Source: a virus (lineage: Duplodnaviria; Heunggongvirae; Uroviricota; Caudoviricetes). Taken from it: DNA of 42,050 nucleotides. Positions 31,782-40,705 of the stretch are shown piece after piece (the first letter of the stretch is position 1; each line of letters opens with the position of its first letter). Location: IMG/VR virus record IMGVR_UViG_2609459854_000002; one strand, written 5' to 3'. The notes beneath the pieces are model-generated. The model was not told the DNA's origin. It did not search any database and was given only the letters and a program-made list of their open reading frames with translations. Position numbers and translations under genes: made by a program.

Positions 31782-32432
31782 ATGAAAACTCAATTGATGG
31801 GAGAGCGCATTCGCGCTCGGAGAAAAGAACTCAAGATCAGGCAGGCCGCACTTGGAAAGATGGTCGGCGTGTCTAATGTTGCCATATCTCAGTGGGAACG
31901 CTCTGAGACAGAGCCAAATGGAGAGAATCTTCTCGCCCTGGCTAATGCGTTGAAGTGTTCCCCTGACTATCTGATGAAAGGAGAGGAAAGTCTTTCAAAC
32001 ATTGCCTATCACAGTAGGCATGATCCAAGAGGGTCATACCCTCTGATTAGCTGGGTGAGCGCAGGATGCTGGATGGAAGCTGTAGAACCATATCATAAGC
32101 GTGCAATAGATAACTGGTACGATACAACCGTAGACTGTTCAGAAGATTCGTTTTGGTTGGACGTGAAGGGAGACTCAATGACGGCTCCGGCCGGTCTCAG
32201 TATCCCTGAAGGAATGATAATACTCGTCGATCCTGAAGTAGAGCCGCGTAACGGGAAACTGGTAGTTGCAAAGCTCGAAGGAGAAAACGAGGCAACTTTC
32301 AAGAAGTTAGTTATTGATGCAGGCAGGAAGTTTCTAAAACCACTTAACCCACAATATCCGATGATCGAGATCAACGGAAACTGCAAAATCATCGGCGTAG
32401 TTGTCGATGCAAAACTAGCAAACCTTCCATAA
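31782..32432 (+). CDS. c2: Prophage repressor (P22 C2-like, LexA-type autocleaving)
   Basis: 216 aa; N-terminal HTH and C-terminal ...GDSMTAPAGLSIPEGMIILVDPEVEPRNGKLVVAKLEGENEATFKKL... closely match P22 C2 as recalled. Confidence 0.9.
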   Translation: MKTQLMGERIRARRKELKIRQAALGKMVGVSNVAISQWERSETEPNGENLLALANALKCSPDYLMKGEESLSNIAYHSRHDPRGSYPLISWVSAGCWMEAVEPYHKRAIDNWYDTTVDCSEDSFWLDVKGDSMTAPAGLSIPEGMIILVDPEVEPRNGKLVVAKLEGENEATFKKLVIDAGRKFLKPLNPQYPMIEINGNCKIIGVVVDAKLANLP

Positions 32433-32456
32433 GGGGGCATTCGCCCCTTTTTTTTA
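32433..32456 (+). terminator. Rho-independent terminator after c2
   Basis: GGGGGC attc GCCCC followed by TTTTTTTT immediately after the c2 stop. Confidence 0.6.
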
Positions 32457-32479
32457 TTTCCTTTAAAAATCAAAGCCAA

Positions 32480-32560
32480 ACTTAAGTTACGAAAGAAAAT
32501 TTAAGTTTTCTTCAAAAATACTCTTGACCATTAATTAAAGAGATCTTAAATTTAAGCCAT
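32480..32560 (+). promoter_or_regulatory. Candidate OL / pL region
   Basis: TTGACC (32524..32529), 17-bp spacer, TAAATT (32547..32552) overlapped by operator half-sites (ATTTAAG, CTTAAAT). Confidence 0.4.
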
Positions 32561-32597
32561 CAGCAGGACGCTGGTAGCCAAACGGAACAGATTGGCA

Positions 32598-32639
32598 GGC
32601 TCTTTAACATTGATGGGATTGTCCCGCCGAAATGCGGGA
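32598..32639 (+). promoter_or_regulatory. Candidate nutL (boxA-like plus boxB-like hairpin)
   Basis: GGCTCTTTAACA resembles boxA (CGCTCTTA-type); followed 12 nt later by hairpin TCCCGC cgaaat GCGGGA. Confidence 0.4.
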
Positions 32640-32953
32640 ACCAAAGAGTAGTTGGCTTTGGGGTGACGTGAAGTGCAGCTGCACGACGGCAACCGGAAGA
32701 TAAGCACCCGGCGCGTCACCTACAAAGTCAATTCCATAGGCGTTATGCAGCCGCCACCATATTCAAGAAAGCTGCACAAGAGGTAGGAGGATTTATGTGA
32801 ATACTTACATTCAGTTGAGAGATTAATTAAATAGAACTGATCGAGCAGAGCCCGTGAAGGCTCATAAATGCTCTTCCATCCCCGTCTAATTGGCGGGGAA
32901 GGAAACCACTTTGTAATAAAAAAAATTCCAAAGTTGTTTCATCGGAGGTCAAC

Positions 32954-33259
32954 ATGACAGTAGTCATTACATATCTGGCTGACGATAACGCCAGAAATCG
33001 CCGCAGAGCACGCAGACAGGCTCAACGTGAACAGGCAATGCAAGAGCAGCGACTGGCGCGAAAAATTGCGCTAAAGCTCTCTGGTTGCGTCAGAGCAGAT
33101 AAAGCAGCATCACTCGGAAGCCTTCGCTGCAAGAAGGCAGAAGAAGTCGAGCGTAAACAGAACCGTATTTACTACCGCAAGCCACGCAGTGAAATGGGGG
33201 TGACTTGTGTTGGCCGCCAGAAGCAACGCGGAAAATCAATTCCAGCTTATTACGATTGA
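32954..33259 (+). CDS. N-like transcription antiterminator
   Basis: 101 aa with arginine-rich N-terminal motif (NARNRRRARRQAQREQ); C-terminal half resembles phage 21 N as recalled; first gene downstream of candidate pL/nutL. Confidence 0.65.
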   Translation: MTVVITYLADDNARNRRRARRQAQREQAMQEQRLARKIALKLSGCVRADKAASLGSLRCKKAEEVERKQNRIYYRKPRSEMGVTCVGRQKQRGKSIPAYYD

Positions 33260-33267
33260 GGTGAGAT

Positions 33268-33519
33268 ATGGAATTTCATGAAAGTGCGATTTGTGATTTT
33301 CGCGCTAACGCAAATTCAGTAAAACCACAGCCAATTGCAGTTCTTTTTAAAACAATGGGTGCGTGGGCTGTTTTATGCTTCGCCGCTGATGACACTGACG
33401 CAAGAATGGCAATAGGCCAAGAGATGGAGATGGACCCGACAAACGATGAATTCATAATTTATGGCGCTCCATCTAATTACTTACTTGATACCTGCAACAT
33501 TTACAACAAGGCTGCCTGA
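33268..33519 (+). CDS. Hypothetical protein in ral position (possible Ral-like)
   Basis: 83-aa ORF immediately after N; C-terminus ...NKAA is the same as lambda Ral as recalled, otherwise not recognisable. Confidence 0.35.
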   Translation: MEFHESAICDFRANANSVKPQPIAVLFKTMGAWAVLCFAADDTDARMAIGQEMEMDPTNDEFIIYGAPSNYLLDTCNIYNKAA

Positions 33520-33655
33520 TGGTGGCCTTTATTTTTGGCATAAACAACAGAATAAATACTGCACTGTGTATTCATTCCAACGAGTGAATACACGGAGCAA
33601 TGTCGCTCGTAACTAAACAGGAGCCGACTTGTTCTGATTATTTGAAATCTTCTTT

Positions 33656-33685
33656 GCCCTCCAGTGTGAGGGCCTTTTTATATGC
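33656..33685 (+). terminator. Terminator-like hairpin (tL-type)
   Basis: GCCCTC cagtgt GAGGGC followed by CTTTTTAT, upstream of cIII. Confidence 0.45.
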
Positions 33686-33742
33686 ATACCAATAACGCTT
33701 CACTCGAGGCGTTTTTAGTTATGCATAAATAAGGATCACACC

Positions 33743-33868
33743 ATGCAATATGCCATTGCAGGGTGGCCTGTTGCTGGCTGCCCTTCCGAATCTTTACTTG
33801 AACGAATCACCCGTAAATTACGTGACGGATGGAAAAGAGTTGAGGTCTTATTATGCGCAATGAAATAG
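33743..33868 (+). CDS. cIII: CIII-like protein (FtsH inhibitor), C-terminally divergent
   Basis: MQYAIAGWPVAGCPSESLLERITRKLRDGWKR matches the lambda CIII N-terminus as recalled; 41 codons, not in track because under 60 aa. Confidence 0.7.
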   Translation: MQYAIAGWPVAGCPSESLLERITRKLRDGWKRVEVLLCAMK

Positions 33869-34005
33869 CCATTAATCACCAGATGCTTCGTGCGGCACAA
33901 AACAAAGCAGTAATAGCCAGATTTATTGGTGATTCAAAAATGTGGCTTGAAGCAAATAAAGCGATGAAATCAGCTATCAACCTTCCGTGGTATCGCAGGA
34001 AATGA
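33853..34005 (+). CDS. Kil-like small protein (tentative)
   Basis: 49-codon ORF overlapping the cIII end; ...AVIARFIGDSKMWLEANKAM... loosely resembles lambda Kil as recalled; position matches. Confidence 0.4.
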   Translation: MRNEIAINHQMLRAAQNKAVIARFIGDSKMWLEANKAMKSAINLPWYRRK

Positions 34006-34259
34006 GTTTTACAGATAACTGGTCAGACGAAGAATTCATTCGTCAGATGAAAGAATTAATCGGTAACGAAGGAGATATTCATGTCACTTGCAACCACAGT
34101 GAAGGAGAGCAAGTTACAGAGACGCATGTACACGCAGAAAGCTCTCTGGTATCGCCATCATGGTGACCGCGAAGGAATGCGGGTATGCCTTAATTTGTCC
34201 CGAGTCGAAGTATTAAATCAGCGTTATTTCCTTGGGCCGCGTCCATTCTGAGGTGAATT

Positions 34260-34967
34260 ATGGATTTGAATAAATTCGATGAGCCATTCAGCCCTGAAGA
34301 TATCGAATGGCGAATACAGCAAAGCGGTAAAACACGCGATAGCAAGGTGTGGGCTATGGTGCTGGCTTATGTCACGAACCGGGCAATCATGAAGCGCCTG
34401 GACGATGTTTGCGGCAAAGCAGGATGGCGCAATGAATACCGCGATATTCCCAACAACGGCGGAGTTGAATGCGGCATATCAATCAAGATTGATTCCGAAT
34501 GGGTAACCAAATGGGATGCTGCTGAAAACACGCAGGTAGAAGCCGTCAAAGGCGGTCGTTCCGGTGCAATGAAGCGCGCTGCCGTTCAGTGGGGAATCGG
34601 TCGGTATCTGTATAACCTTGAGGAAGGTTTTGCACAAACATCTCTCGATAAAAAGCAGGGATGGCACAGGGCAAAACTGAAGGATGGAACAGGATTTTAC
34701 TGGCTCCCTCCATCGCTGCCGGGATGGGCAATCCCAGCATCAGATAACAAACCATCACCAGAAAATACCAACCAGAAATCTCCATCGGTTGACTGCGAAC
34801 AAATCCTGAAAGACTTCAGCGATTATGCGTCAACAGAAACTGACAAGAAAAAACTCATCGAGCGTTATCAGCGTGACTGGCAATTAATGGCTGGCAACGA
34901 GGAAGCGCAGGCTAAATGCGTTCAGGTAATGAACATCAGAGTTAACGAACTAAAACAGGCGGCATAA
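34260..34967 (+). CDS. Rad52-family single-strand annealing protein
   Basis: 235 aa; motif ...KRAAVQWGIGRYLYNLE... is characteristic of Rad52/Sak-type phage recombinases (from memory). Confidence 0.65.
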   Translation: MDLNKFDEPFSPEDIEWRIQQSGKTRDSKVWAMVLAYVTNRAIMKRLDDVCGKAGWRNEYRDIPNNGGVECGISIKIDSEWVTKWDAAENTQVEAVKGGRSGAMKRAAVQWGIGRYLYNLEEGFAQTSLDKKQGWHRAKLKDGTGFYWLPPSLPGWAIPASDNKPSPENTNQKSPSVDCEQILKDFSDYASTETDKKKLIERYQRDWQLMAGNEEAQAKCVQVMNIRVNELKQAA

Positions 34968-35441
34968 ATGGGAAGTAGAGGCGTAAATAAGGTGATCATT
35001 ATTGGTCGCCTTGGGCATGATCCAGAAATCAGATATTCACCATCAGGAACGGCATTTGCAAACCTTACAGTTGCTACGTCAGAACAATGGCGTGATAAGC
35101 AAACTGGAGAGCAAAAGGAGCAGACGGAGTGGCACCGTGTGGTAATGAGCGGGAAACTGGCAGAAATTGCCAGCGAATATCTGCGAAAAGGCTCTGAGGT
35201 TTATCTTGAAGGCAAATTGCGGACAAGAAAATGGCAGGATCAAAGCGGACAGGATAGGTTCACTACCGAAGTCATCGTGGGCGTTGGTGGAACCATGCAA
35301 ATGCTTGGTGGCAAGCAAGGAGGCAATGAACAGTCTTCACCTCAGCGAAATAACGGTCATCAACAAAGACAGCAACCTCAGCAGCATGGAAATCACAGCG
35401 AACCACCTATGAACTTCGACGATTCGGATATTCCGTTCTAG
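34968..35441 (+). CDS. ssb: Single-stranded DNA-binding protein
   Basis: OB-fold region near-identical to E. coli SSB as recalled and acidic tail ...[11 protein letters not shown]. Confidence 0.85.
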   Translation: MGSRGVNKVIIIGRLGHDPEIRYSPSGTAFANLTVATSEQWRDKQTGEQKEQTEWHRVVMSGKLAEIASEYLRKGSEVYLEGKLRTRKWQDQSGQDRFTTEVIVGVGGTMQMLGGKQGGNEQSSPQRNNGHQQRQQPQQHGNHSEPPMNFDDSDIPF

Positions 35442-35450
35442 GAGCTGAAT

Positions 35451-35930
35451 ATGAAAATCTGCTCAAGATGCCATCAACAGAAGGAAGAAAGGGACTTTCA
35501 AATCAGAAGAGCATCCAGAGATGGATTAACTGCCGCTTGCCGGGCTTGCCTGGCTGAATATGACAAAGAGCGCGCGGGATTGCCACATCGAGTATCAGCA
35601 AGGAGAGAATATCAATCATCGGAACGCGGCAGAGAACGGTGTAACGCAGCCAAAAAGCGGTTCATTCAGAGCAACCCATGGAAAAGAAAAGCCCACATCA
35701 TCGTGGGTAATTTTTTGCGCGACGGTAAGCTAATCCGACCACCACAATGTGAGTGCTGCGGATCAGAATGTAAACCACAGGCGCACCACTGCGACTACAG
35801 CAAACCAACCGATGTGATGTGGCTCTGCAAGTCATGTCATGTCGAGTGGCACAAACATAACAAACCTATCTACCCAGACGAGGAGCCAGTAACTCTCCCC
35901 TTCCCTCGTCACGCTATTCACGCAATTTAA
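35451..35930 (+). CDS. Cys-rich protein with HNH-like C-terminal motif
   Basis: N-terminal CSRC...CRAC zinc-ribbon-like pairs; C-terminal CECCGSECKPQAHHCDYSKPTDVMWLCKSCHVEWH resembles an HNH nuclease core. Confidence 0.45.
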   Translation: MKICSRCHQQKEERDFQIRRASRDGLTAACRACLAEYDKERAGLPHRVSARREYQSSERGRERCNAAKKRFIQSNPWKRKAHIIVGNFLRDGKLIRPPQCECCGSECKPQAHHCDYSKPTDVMWLCKSCHVEWHKHNKPIYPDEEPVTLPFPRHAIHAI

Positions 35931-35938
35931 GGACTTAC

Positions 35939-36487
35939 ATGAATCACTTAATGGTTGACCTTGAAACAATGGGCAACGGGCCATACGCGCCAGTTATTTC
36001 TATTGGGGCGGTATTCTTTGACCCGAATACCGGAGAAACAGGAGAAGAGTTCTCGGTAAATATCTCGCTTGAGTCATCAATGCGATATCGGGCGCGTCCT
36101 GACGCTTCAACGATTTTATGGTGGATGGAACAGAGTGAAGAAGCCAGAAAATCGCTAACCAGCAACACTCAAGAGCTTTCAACGGCTCTTTCATGGTTAT
36201 CTGAATTCATCATAAAGAACGCTAACCACAAATTCGTTCAGGTTTGGGGGAATGGAGCATCATTTGACTGCGTTATTCTCCGAAACAGTTATTCGCTGAC
36301 AGGGCAGCCAGTTCCGTGGCAGTGGTGGAATGAACGAGACGTAAGAACAATCGTCGAGCTTGGAAAGGTAATAGGATTCGACCCTAAGCGAGATATGCCA
36401 TTCAAAGGAACTCGCCACAACGCGCTTGATGATGCCATCCACCAAACCAAATACGTTTCAGCGATCTGGAAAAAGTTAGCTAAATAA
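35939..36487 (+). CDS. DEDDh-type 3'-5' exonuclease
   Basis: MVDLETMG (Exo I-like D-x-E), WGNGASFD, and HNALDDA motifs. Confidence 0.6.
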   Translation: MNHLMVDLETMGNGPYAPVISIGAVFFDPNTGETGEEFSVNISLESSMRYRARPDASTILWWMEQSEEARKSLTSNTQELSTALSWLSEFIIKNANHKFVQVWGNGASFDCVILRNSYSLTGQPVPWQWWNERDVRTIVELGKVIGFDPKRDMPFKGTRHNALDDAIHQTKYVSAIWKKLAK

Positions 36488-36503
36488 TCAACAGGAGAAA
36501 AAC

Positions 36504-36800
36504 ATGCCAGCGCCTTTGTATGGTGAGGATGACGCGCGCCGCTGTTCCGGCAATTCCGTATCGGAGGTGCTGGATAAATTCAGAAAAAACTACGATCGGA
36601 TAATGTCGCTACCGCAGGAAACGAAAGAGGAAAAGGAATTTCGCCACTGTATATGGCTTGCAGAGAAAGAAGAACGCGAGCGAATTTACCAGACATCAAT
36701 CCGACCATTCCGCAAAGCCACATATACCCACTTCCCTGAATATATCGACCCGCGCCTGCGTAATTACCGCTCACGCTATGGCGCTATCAGTAATGACTGA
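36504..36800 (+). CDS. Hypothetical protein
   Basis: 98-codon ORF in early-left operon orientation. Confidence 0.4.
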   Translation: MPAPLYGEDDARRCSGNSVSEVLDKFRKNYDRIMSLPQETKEEKEFRHCIWLAEKEERERIYQTSIRPFRKATYTHFPEYIDPRLRNYRSRYGAISND

Positions 36801-36974
36801 GGAATTTACCATGAGAGGACTTGCATACAATCCCGGCATTCTTCCGGCAGAAATGATTATTCGCCAACGCGTAAAGCCAATGCCATCGAGAGAGGAATTG
36901 CTTAAGAGAAATTCTTTTCCATCAGTGAATCAAAACAAATATCTGAATGCGATGTGGCGCAAAGGAGGCAACCA

Positions 36975-37229
36975 GTGAGTAATTCAGCACGACTACAGCT
37001 TGGTTTTTCACCGCTATCAAAAACTATCATGCTGGCAAAAATGCGCGATGTTGAAGGTGGACGTATGCGCGTTGGCAATGATCCAGGTCGTGATGTTACC
37101 AATGAGGCTGCTCAATTGGTGTGGCAACTGGTCATGGCTGAAGGTGGTGAGATAGTGTGGGAGCTGGATGATGGTTCTCGCATGGTGTTGAAGGCAGAAA
37201 AGCAGGAGGCAACCAGTGAGCAAGATTGA
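36975..37229 (+). CDS. Hypothetical protein (GTG start after AGGAGG)
   Basis: ORF 36954..37229 in track; start placed at GTG 36975 preceded by AAAGGAGG. Confidence 0.35.
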   Translation: MSNSARLQLGFSPLSKTIMLAKMRDVEGGRMRVGNDPGRDVTNEAAQLVWQLVMAEGGEIVWELDDGSRMVLKAEKQEATSEQD

Positions 37230-37935
37230 TTATCAGGCACTGCGTGAAAAGGCAGAGAAAGCAACGTGTGGTGTATGGTCGATCGAATATGGAGAGAGTC
37301 GATTTGATGGTGATGATGCGTTAATTCATCGTGAAGTTGCTGGATATATTCCCATTTGCAGAATTGAAGGAGCGCATCCAGAAAGCGGTTTCGATGAAGA
37401 TTTCCAAATGGAACAGCAGGCCAATGCTGAATTCATCGCCGCAGCCAATCCGGCTACCGTGCTGACTCTGCTGGACGATCTGGAAGCAGCAAAAAAGCGC
37501 ATTGCAGAACTGGAAGACGAACCTGTAAGCCAAACTTACAAGTTGCCAGTTAATACACCTTGCCAAGATGCGCCAGCCCATATCTGGCTGCAAACAGCTG
37601 GAGTATGGCCAGAAGATGGCGAGTTAAGCGAATTAACGTGGTGCAGCCACAATCAGCACCATGATGACACACTATATGTTCGAGCTGACCTTGTGAATGG
37701 CAACTATCCGGTAACTCCGGATGGTTGGATAAGCTGTAGTGATCGAATGCCGGAAGACACCAAAATGTTACTGGCATTTAGTCAAGGTGAAATCGTGGCC
37801 GCATATTGGAACTGGGTTGTAAATCCAATTGATTACAAAAAATATAGAGCTTTCACGTATTTATCAGGAAATATCTTGGATGACGTAACTCACTGGATGC
37901 CGCTACCAGAACCGCCTCAGGAGGTTAAGCCGTGA
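37216..37935 (+). CDS. Hypothetical protein (Ea22-like N-terminus / DUF551-like C-terminus, tentative)
   Basis: 239 aa; GTG start in repeated junction cassette; C-terminal ...THWMPLPEPP resembles DUF551 proteins (from memory). Confidence 0.45.
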   Translation: MSKIDYQALREKAEKATCGVWSIEYGESRFDGDDALIHREVAGYIPICRIEGAHPESGFDEDFQMEQQANAEFIAAANPATVLTLLDDLEAAKKRIAELEDEPVSQTYKLPVNTPCQDAPAHIWLQTAGVWPEDGELSELTWCSHNQHHDDTLYVRADLVNGNYPVTPDGWISCSDRMPEDTKMLLAFSQGEIVAAYWNWVVNPIDYKKYRAFTYLSGNILDDVTHWMPLPEPPQEVKP

Positions 37936-38052
37936 TTACAGCACTAGCATGGCATTTCAGTGAAAGCATTTATGGCTGGATGCTGGCAATTACAGCAATT
38001 CAGGATTTGGCAATCACATCGTTTATTTTCAGCCTGTGCAGGAGGTGAAGCC

Positions 38053-38310
38053 GTGAAACACTTACGCTATGACTGTATGGGTGCTGCTTATTCAGGAGAA
38101 AGCAGGCACCCGCAAGAAGTAATTCGCGAGCTTGGTATCACGTATGAGCGCGCTATTCCTCAAAGCATGGGTGACCAGTGGTGGCTATTCAATTGTCAGC
38201 ACGGTGAACTGCCAAAATACATTACTGAAATGAAGTGTGATAACTGGATGGCTAAGCAGTATCTGCTTCCTGATGCATACGTTAACGATAATCAGCCAGC
38301 ATCACAGTAG
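38053..38310 (+). CDS. Hypothetical protein
   Basis: GTG at 38053 preceded by GCAGGAGGTGAAG; track ORF extends upstream to 37960 without an SD. Confidence 0.4.
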   Translation: MKHLRYDCMGAAYSGESRHPQEVIRELGITYERAIPQSMGDQWWLFNCQHGELPKYITEMKCDNWMAKQYLLPDAYVNDNQPASQ

Positions 38311-38321
38311 CAGGAGGTGAA

Positions 38322-38513
38322 GTGAGTATGAGTGCATCACTAATAACCGCCTTCAATCAAAGCGCAAATCCAAGCAATGAGCAGGTTGTTGTGTTCGGCT
38401 GGATTGCTGAGTATTTCGAAAGCATTTTCGACGATGAATCCGCTAGGTATTGCAGGAATATTTCTGAATCACTCAAAAATCAGGTTTCTGCTCAACAGGA
38501 GGTGAAGTCGTGA
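38322..38513 (+). CDS. Hypothetical protein
   Basis: GTG start preceded by CAGGAGGTGAAG; C-terminus QQEVKS encodes the next junction cassette. Confidence 0.4.
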   Translation: MSMSASLITAFNQSANPSNEQVVVFGWIAEYFESIFDDESARYCRNISESLKNQVSAQQEVKS

Positions 38514-38722
38514 GCAAGCACATCATCAAATATGACTATCGAGAGGGAGTTAAACTCCCTAAGCACGAGATTGAGACATGGTGCGGTCATCGGCCTGGTT
38601 CATTCGAATATCTTTTTCAGGATGCTCAGCATGCGCTATTGAGCATTGAGCAGGAAACGCTGCTTGTTCCTTGCAAGAATTGTCTGGCAGCAATCATCAA
38701 AACGGCGCAGGAGGTGAAGTGA
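38510..38722 (+). CDS. Hypothetical protein
   Basis: GTG start overlapping upstream stop (GTGA); C-terminus AQEVK encodes the next junction cassette. Confidence 0.4.
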   Translation: MSKHIIKYDYREGVKLPKHEIETWCGHRPGSFEYLFQDAQHALLSIEQETLLVPCKNCLAAIIKTAQEVK

Positions 38723-39000
38723 TGGACTCCTTCGCGAAATATACGATTATTGACTGGATAGCCTTCCTTCAGGTTTTGCTCATCTGGTTTTATATGGCTT
38801 ACAGGAGTGGACAGTGGATTGTCAGTGTAGCATGTAGCAGGGGATGGCGTTGGTGGAACCAAAAGAATAAAAAAGCACTGGCATTGGATTCGTTTTACGA
38901 AGCATTCAATCTTAACAGCCTTCAGCCTGGTTCTGTCATTGTAGTCACCACTCAAAGCGGCATGACCATTCAGATTCATAAACCAAAAGAGGAAAAATGA
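38722..39000 (+). CDS. Hypothetical protein with one predicted hydrophobic helix
   Basis: ATG at 38722 (or GTG 38719) after CAGGAGGTGAAG; segment IIDWIAFLQVLLIWFYMAY is hydrophobic. Confidence 0.4.
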   Translation: MDSFAKYTIIDWIAFLQVLLIWFYMAYRSGQWIVSVACSRGWRWWNQKNKKALALDSFYEAFNLNSLQPGSVIVVTTQSGMTIQIHKPKEEK

Positions 39001-39158
39001 TGTGGCCTATATGTGTTAATTGCGGACGGATGTGCCTATCTGGATGGTGCCGAAAGTGCGACAAATGCACAAAGCAAAGACAATAACAATCCTCGCACTC
39101 GCGGGGATTTCTTTTATCTGAACTCGCTACAGCGAGTTTTGTTTTATGGAGATGATAA

Positions 39159-39326
39159 ATGCACTTCCGAGTCACAGGTGAATGGAATGGAGAACCATTC
39201 AACAGAGTTATCGAAGCAGAGGACATCAACGACTGCTATGACCACTGGATGATATGGGCGCAGATAGCACATGCAGACGTAACCAACATTCGAATTGAAG
39301 AACTGAAAGAACACCAATCCGCCTGA
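39159..39326 (+). CDS. Small protein in the position of lambda orf55 (tentative)
   Basis: 55-codon ORF just upstream of xis followed by hairpin CCGCC tgat GGCGG + TTTTTTATT (39313..39340); homology not verified. Confidence 0.4.
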   Translation: MHFRVTGEWNGEPFNRVIEAEDINDCYDHWMIWAQIAHADVTNIRIEELKEHQSA

Positions 39327-39365
39327 TGGCGGTTTTTTATTGCGTGTAATTGCGGAGACTTTGCG

Positions 39366-39584
39366 ATGTACTTGACACTTCAGGAGTGGAACGCACGCCA
39401 GCGACGTCCAAGAAGCCTTGAAACAGTTCGTCGATGGGTACGCGAGTGCAAGATATTCCCTCCTCCGGTTAAGGATGGAAGAGAGTATCTGTTCCACGAA
39501 TCAGCGGTAAAGGTTGACTTAAATCGACCAGTAACAGGTAGCCTTTTGAAGAGGATCAGAAATGGGAAGAAGGCGAAGTCATGA
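39366..39584 (+). CDS. xis: Excisionase
   Basis: MYLTLQEWNARQRRPRSLETVRRWVRECKIFPPPVKDGREYLFHESAVKVDLNRPVTGSLLKRIRNGKKAKS, essentially lambda Xis as recalled. Confidence 0.9.
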   Translation: MYLTLQEWNARQRRPRSLETVRRWVRECKIFPPPVKDGREYLFHESAVKVDLNRPVTGSLLKRIRNGKKAKS

Positions 39585-40632
39585 GCGCCGGGATTTACCC
39601 CCTAACCTTTATATAAGAAACAATGGATATTACTGCTACAGGGACCCAAGGACGGGTAAAGAGTTCGGATTAGGCAGAGACAGGAGGATAGCAATTACTG
39701 AAGCAATACAGGCAAACATTGAGTTATTTTCAGGACACAAACACAAGCCTCTGACAGCAAGAATCAACAGTGATAATTCTGTTACGCTACATTCATGGCT
39801 TGATCGCTACGAAAAAATACTCGCCAGCAGAGGAATCAAGCAGAAGACACTCATAAATTACATGAGCAAAATTAAAGCAATAAGGAGGGGTCTGCCTGAT
39901 GCTCCACTTGAAGACATCACCACAAAAGAAATTGCGGCAATGCTTAATGGATACATAGACGAGGGCAAGGCGGCATCAGCCAAGTTAATCAGATCAACAC
40001 TGAGCGATGCATTCCGAGAGGCAATAGCTGAAGGCCATATAACAACAAACCCGGTCGCTGCCACTCGCGCAGCAAAATCAGAGGTAAGGAGATCAAGGCT
40101 TACGGCTGACGAATACCTGAAAATTTATCAAGCAGCAGAATCATCACCATGTTGGCTAAGACTTGCAATGGAACTGGCTGTTGTTACCGGGCAGAGAGTT
40201 GGTGATTTATGCGAAATGAAGTGGTCTGATATCGTAGATGGATATCTTTATGTCGAGCAAAGCAAAACAGGCGTAAAAATTGCCATCCCAACAGCATTGC
40301 ATGTTGATGCTCTCGGAATATCAATGAAGGAAACACTTGATAAATGCAAAGAGATTCTTGGCGGAGAAACCATAATTGCATCTACTCGTCGCGAACCGCT
40401 TTCATCCGGCACAGTATCAAGGTATTTTATGCGCGCACGAAAAGCATCAGGTCTTTCCTTCGAAGGGGATCCGCCTACCTTTCACGAGTTGCGCAGTTTG
40501 TCTGCAAGACTCTATGAGAAGCAGATAAGCGATAAGTTTGCTCAACATCTTCTCGGGCATAAGTCGGACACCATGGCATCACAGTATCGTGATGACAGAG
40601 GCAGGGAGTGGGACAAAATTGAAATCAAATAA
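39562..40632 (+). CDS. int: Tyrosine integrase (lambda Int-like)
   Basis: 356 aa, same length as lambda Int; N-terminus MGRRRSHERRDLPPNLYIRNNGYYCYRDPRTGKEFGLGRDRRIAITEAIQAN matches as recalled; overlaps xis as in lambda. Confidence 0.95.
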   Translation: MGRRRSHERRDLPPNLYIRNNGYYCYRDPRTGKEFGLGRDRRIAITEAIQANIELFSGHKHKPLTARINSDNSVTLHSWLDRYEKILASRGIKQKTLINYMSKIKAIRRGLPDAPLEDITTKEIAAMLNGYIDEGKAASAKLIRSTLSDAFREAIAEGHITTNPVAATRAAKSEVRRSRLTADEYLKIYQAAESSPCWLRLAMELAVVTGQRVGDLCEMKWSDIVDGYLYVEQSKTGVKIAIPTALHVDALGISMKETLDKCKEILGGETIIASTRREPLSSGTVSRYFMRARKASGLSFEGDPPTFHELRSLSARLYEKQISDKFAQHLLGHKSDTMASQYRDDRGREWDKIEIK

Positions 40633-40705
40633 TGATTTTATTTTGACTGATAGTGACCTGTTCGTTGCAACAAATTGATAAGCAATGCTTTTTTATAATA
40701 CCAAC

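Noticed and set aside
39013-39252. 79-codon ORF upstream of xis
   Set aside because: No SD, odd composition, and it overlaps in a different frame the 55-codon ORF at 39159..39326 which fits the lambda orf55 position better. A 28-codon Cys-rich ORF at 38997..39083 was also seen but is too short to support.
40686-40697. Second partial copy of the att core (GCTTTTTTATAA) in inverted orientation near attL
   Set aside because: Lambda's P' arm contains the same inverted partial repeat next to the core as I recall it; it is part of the arm, not a second attachment site.
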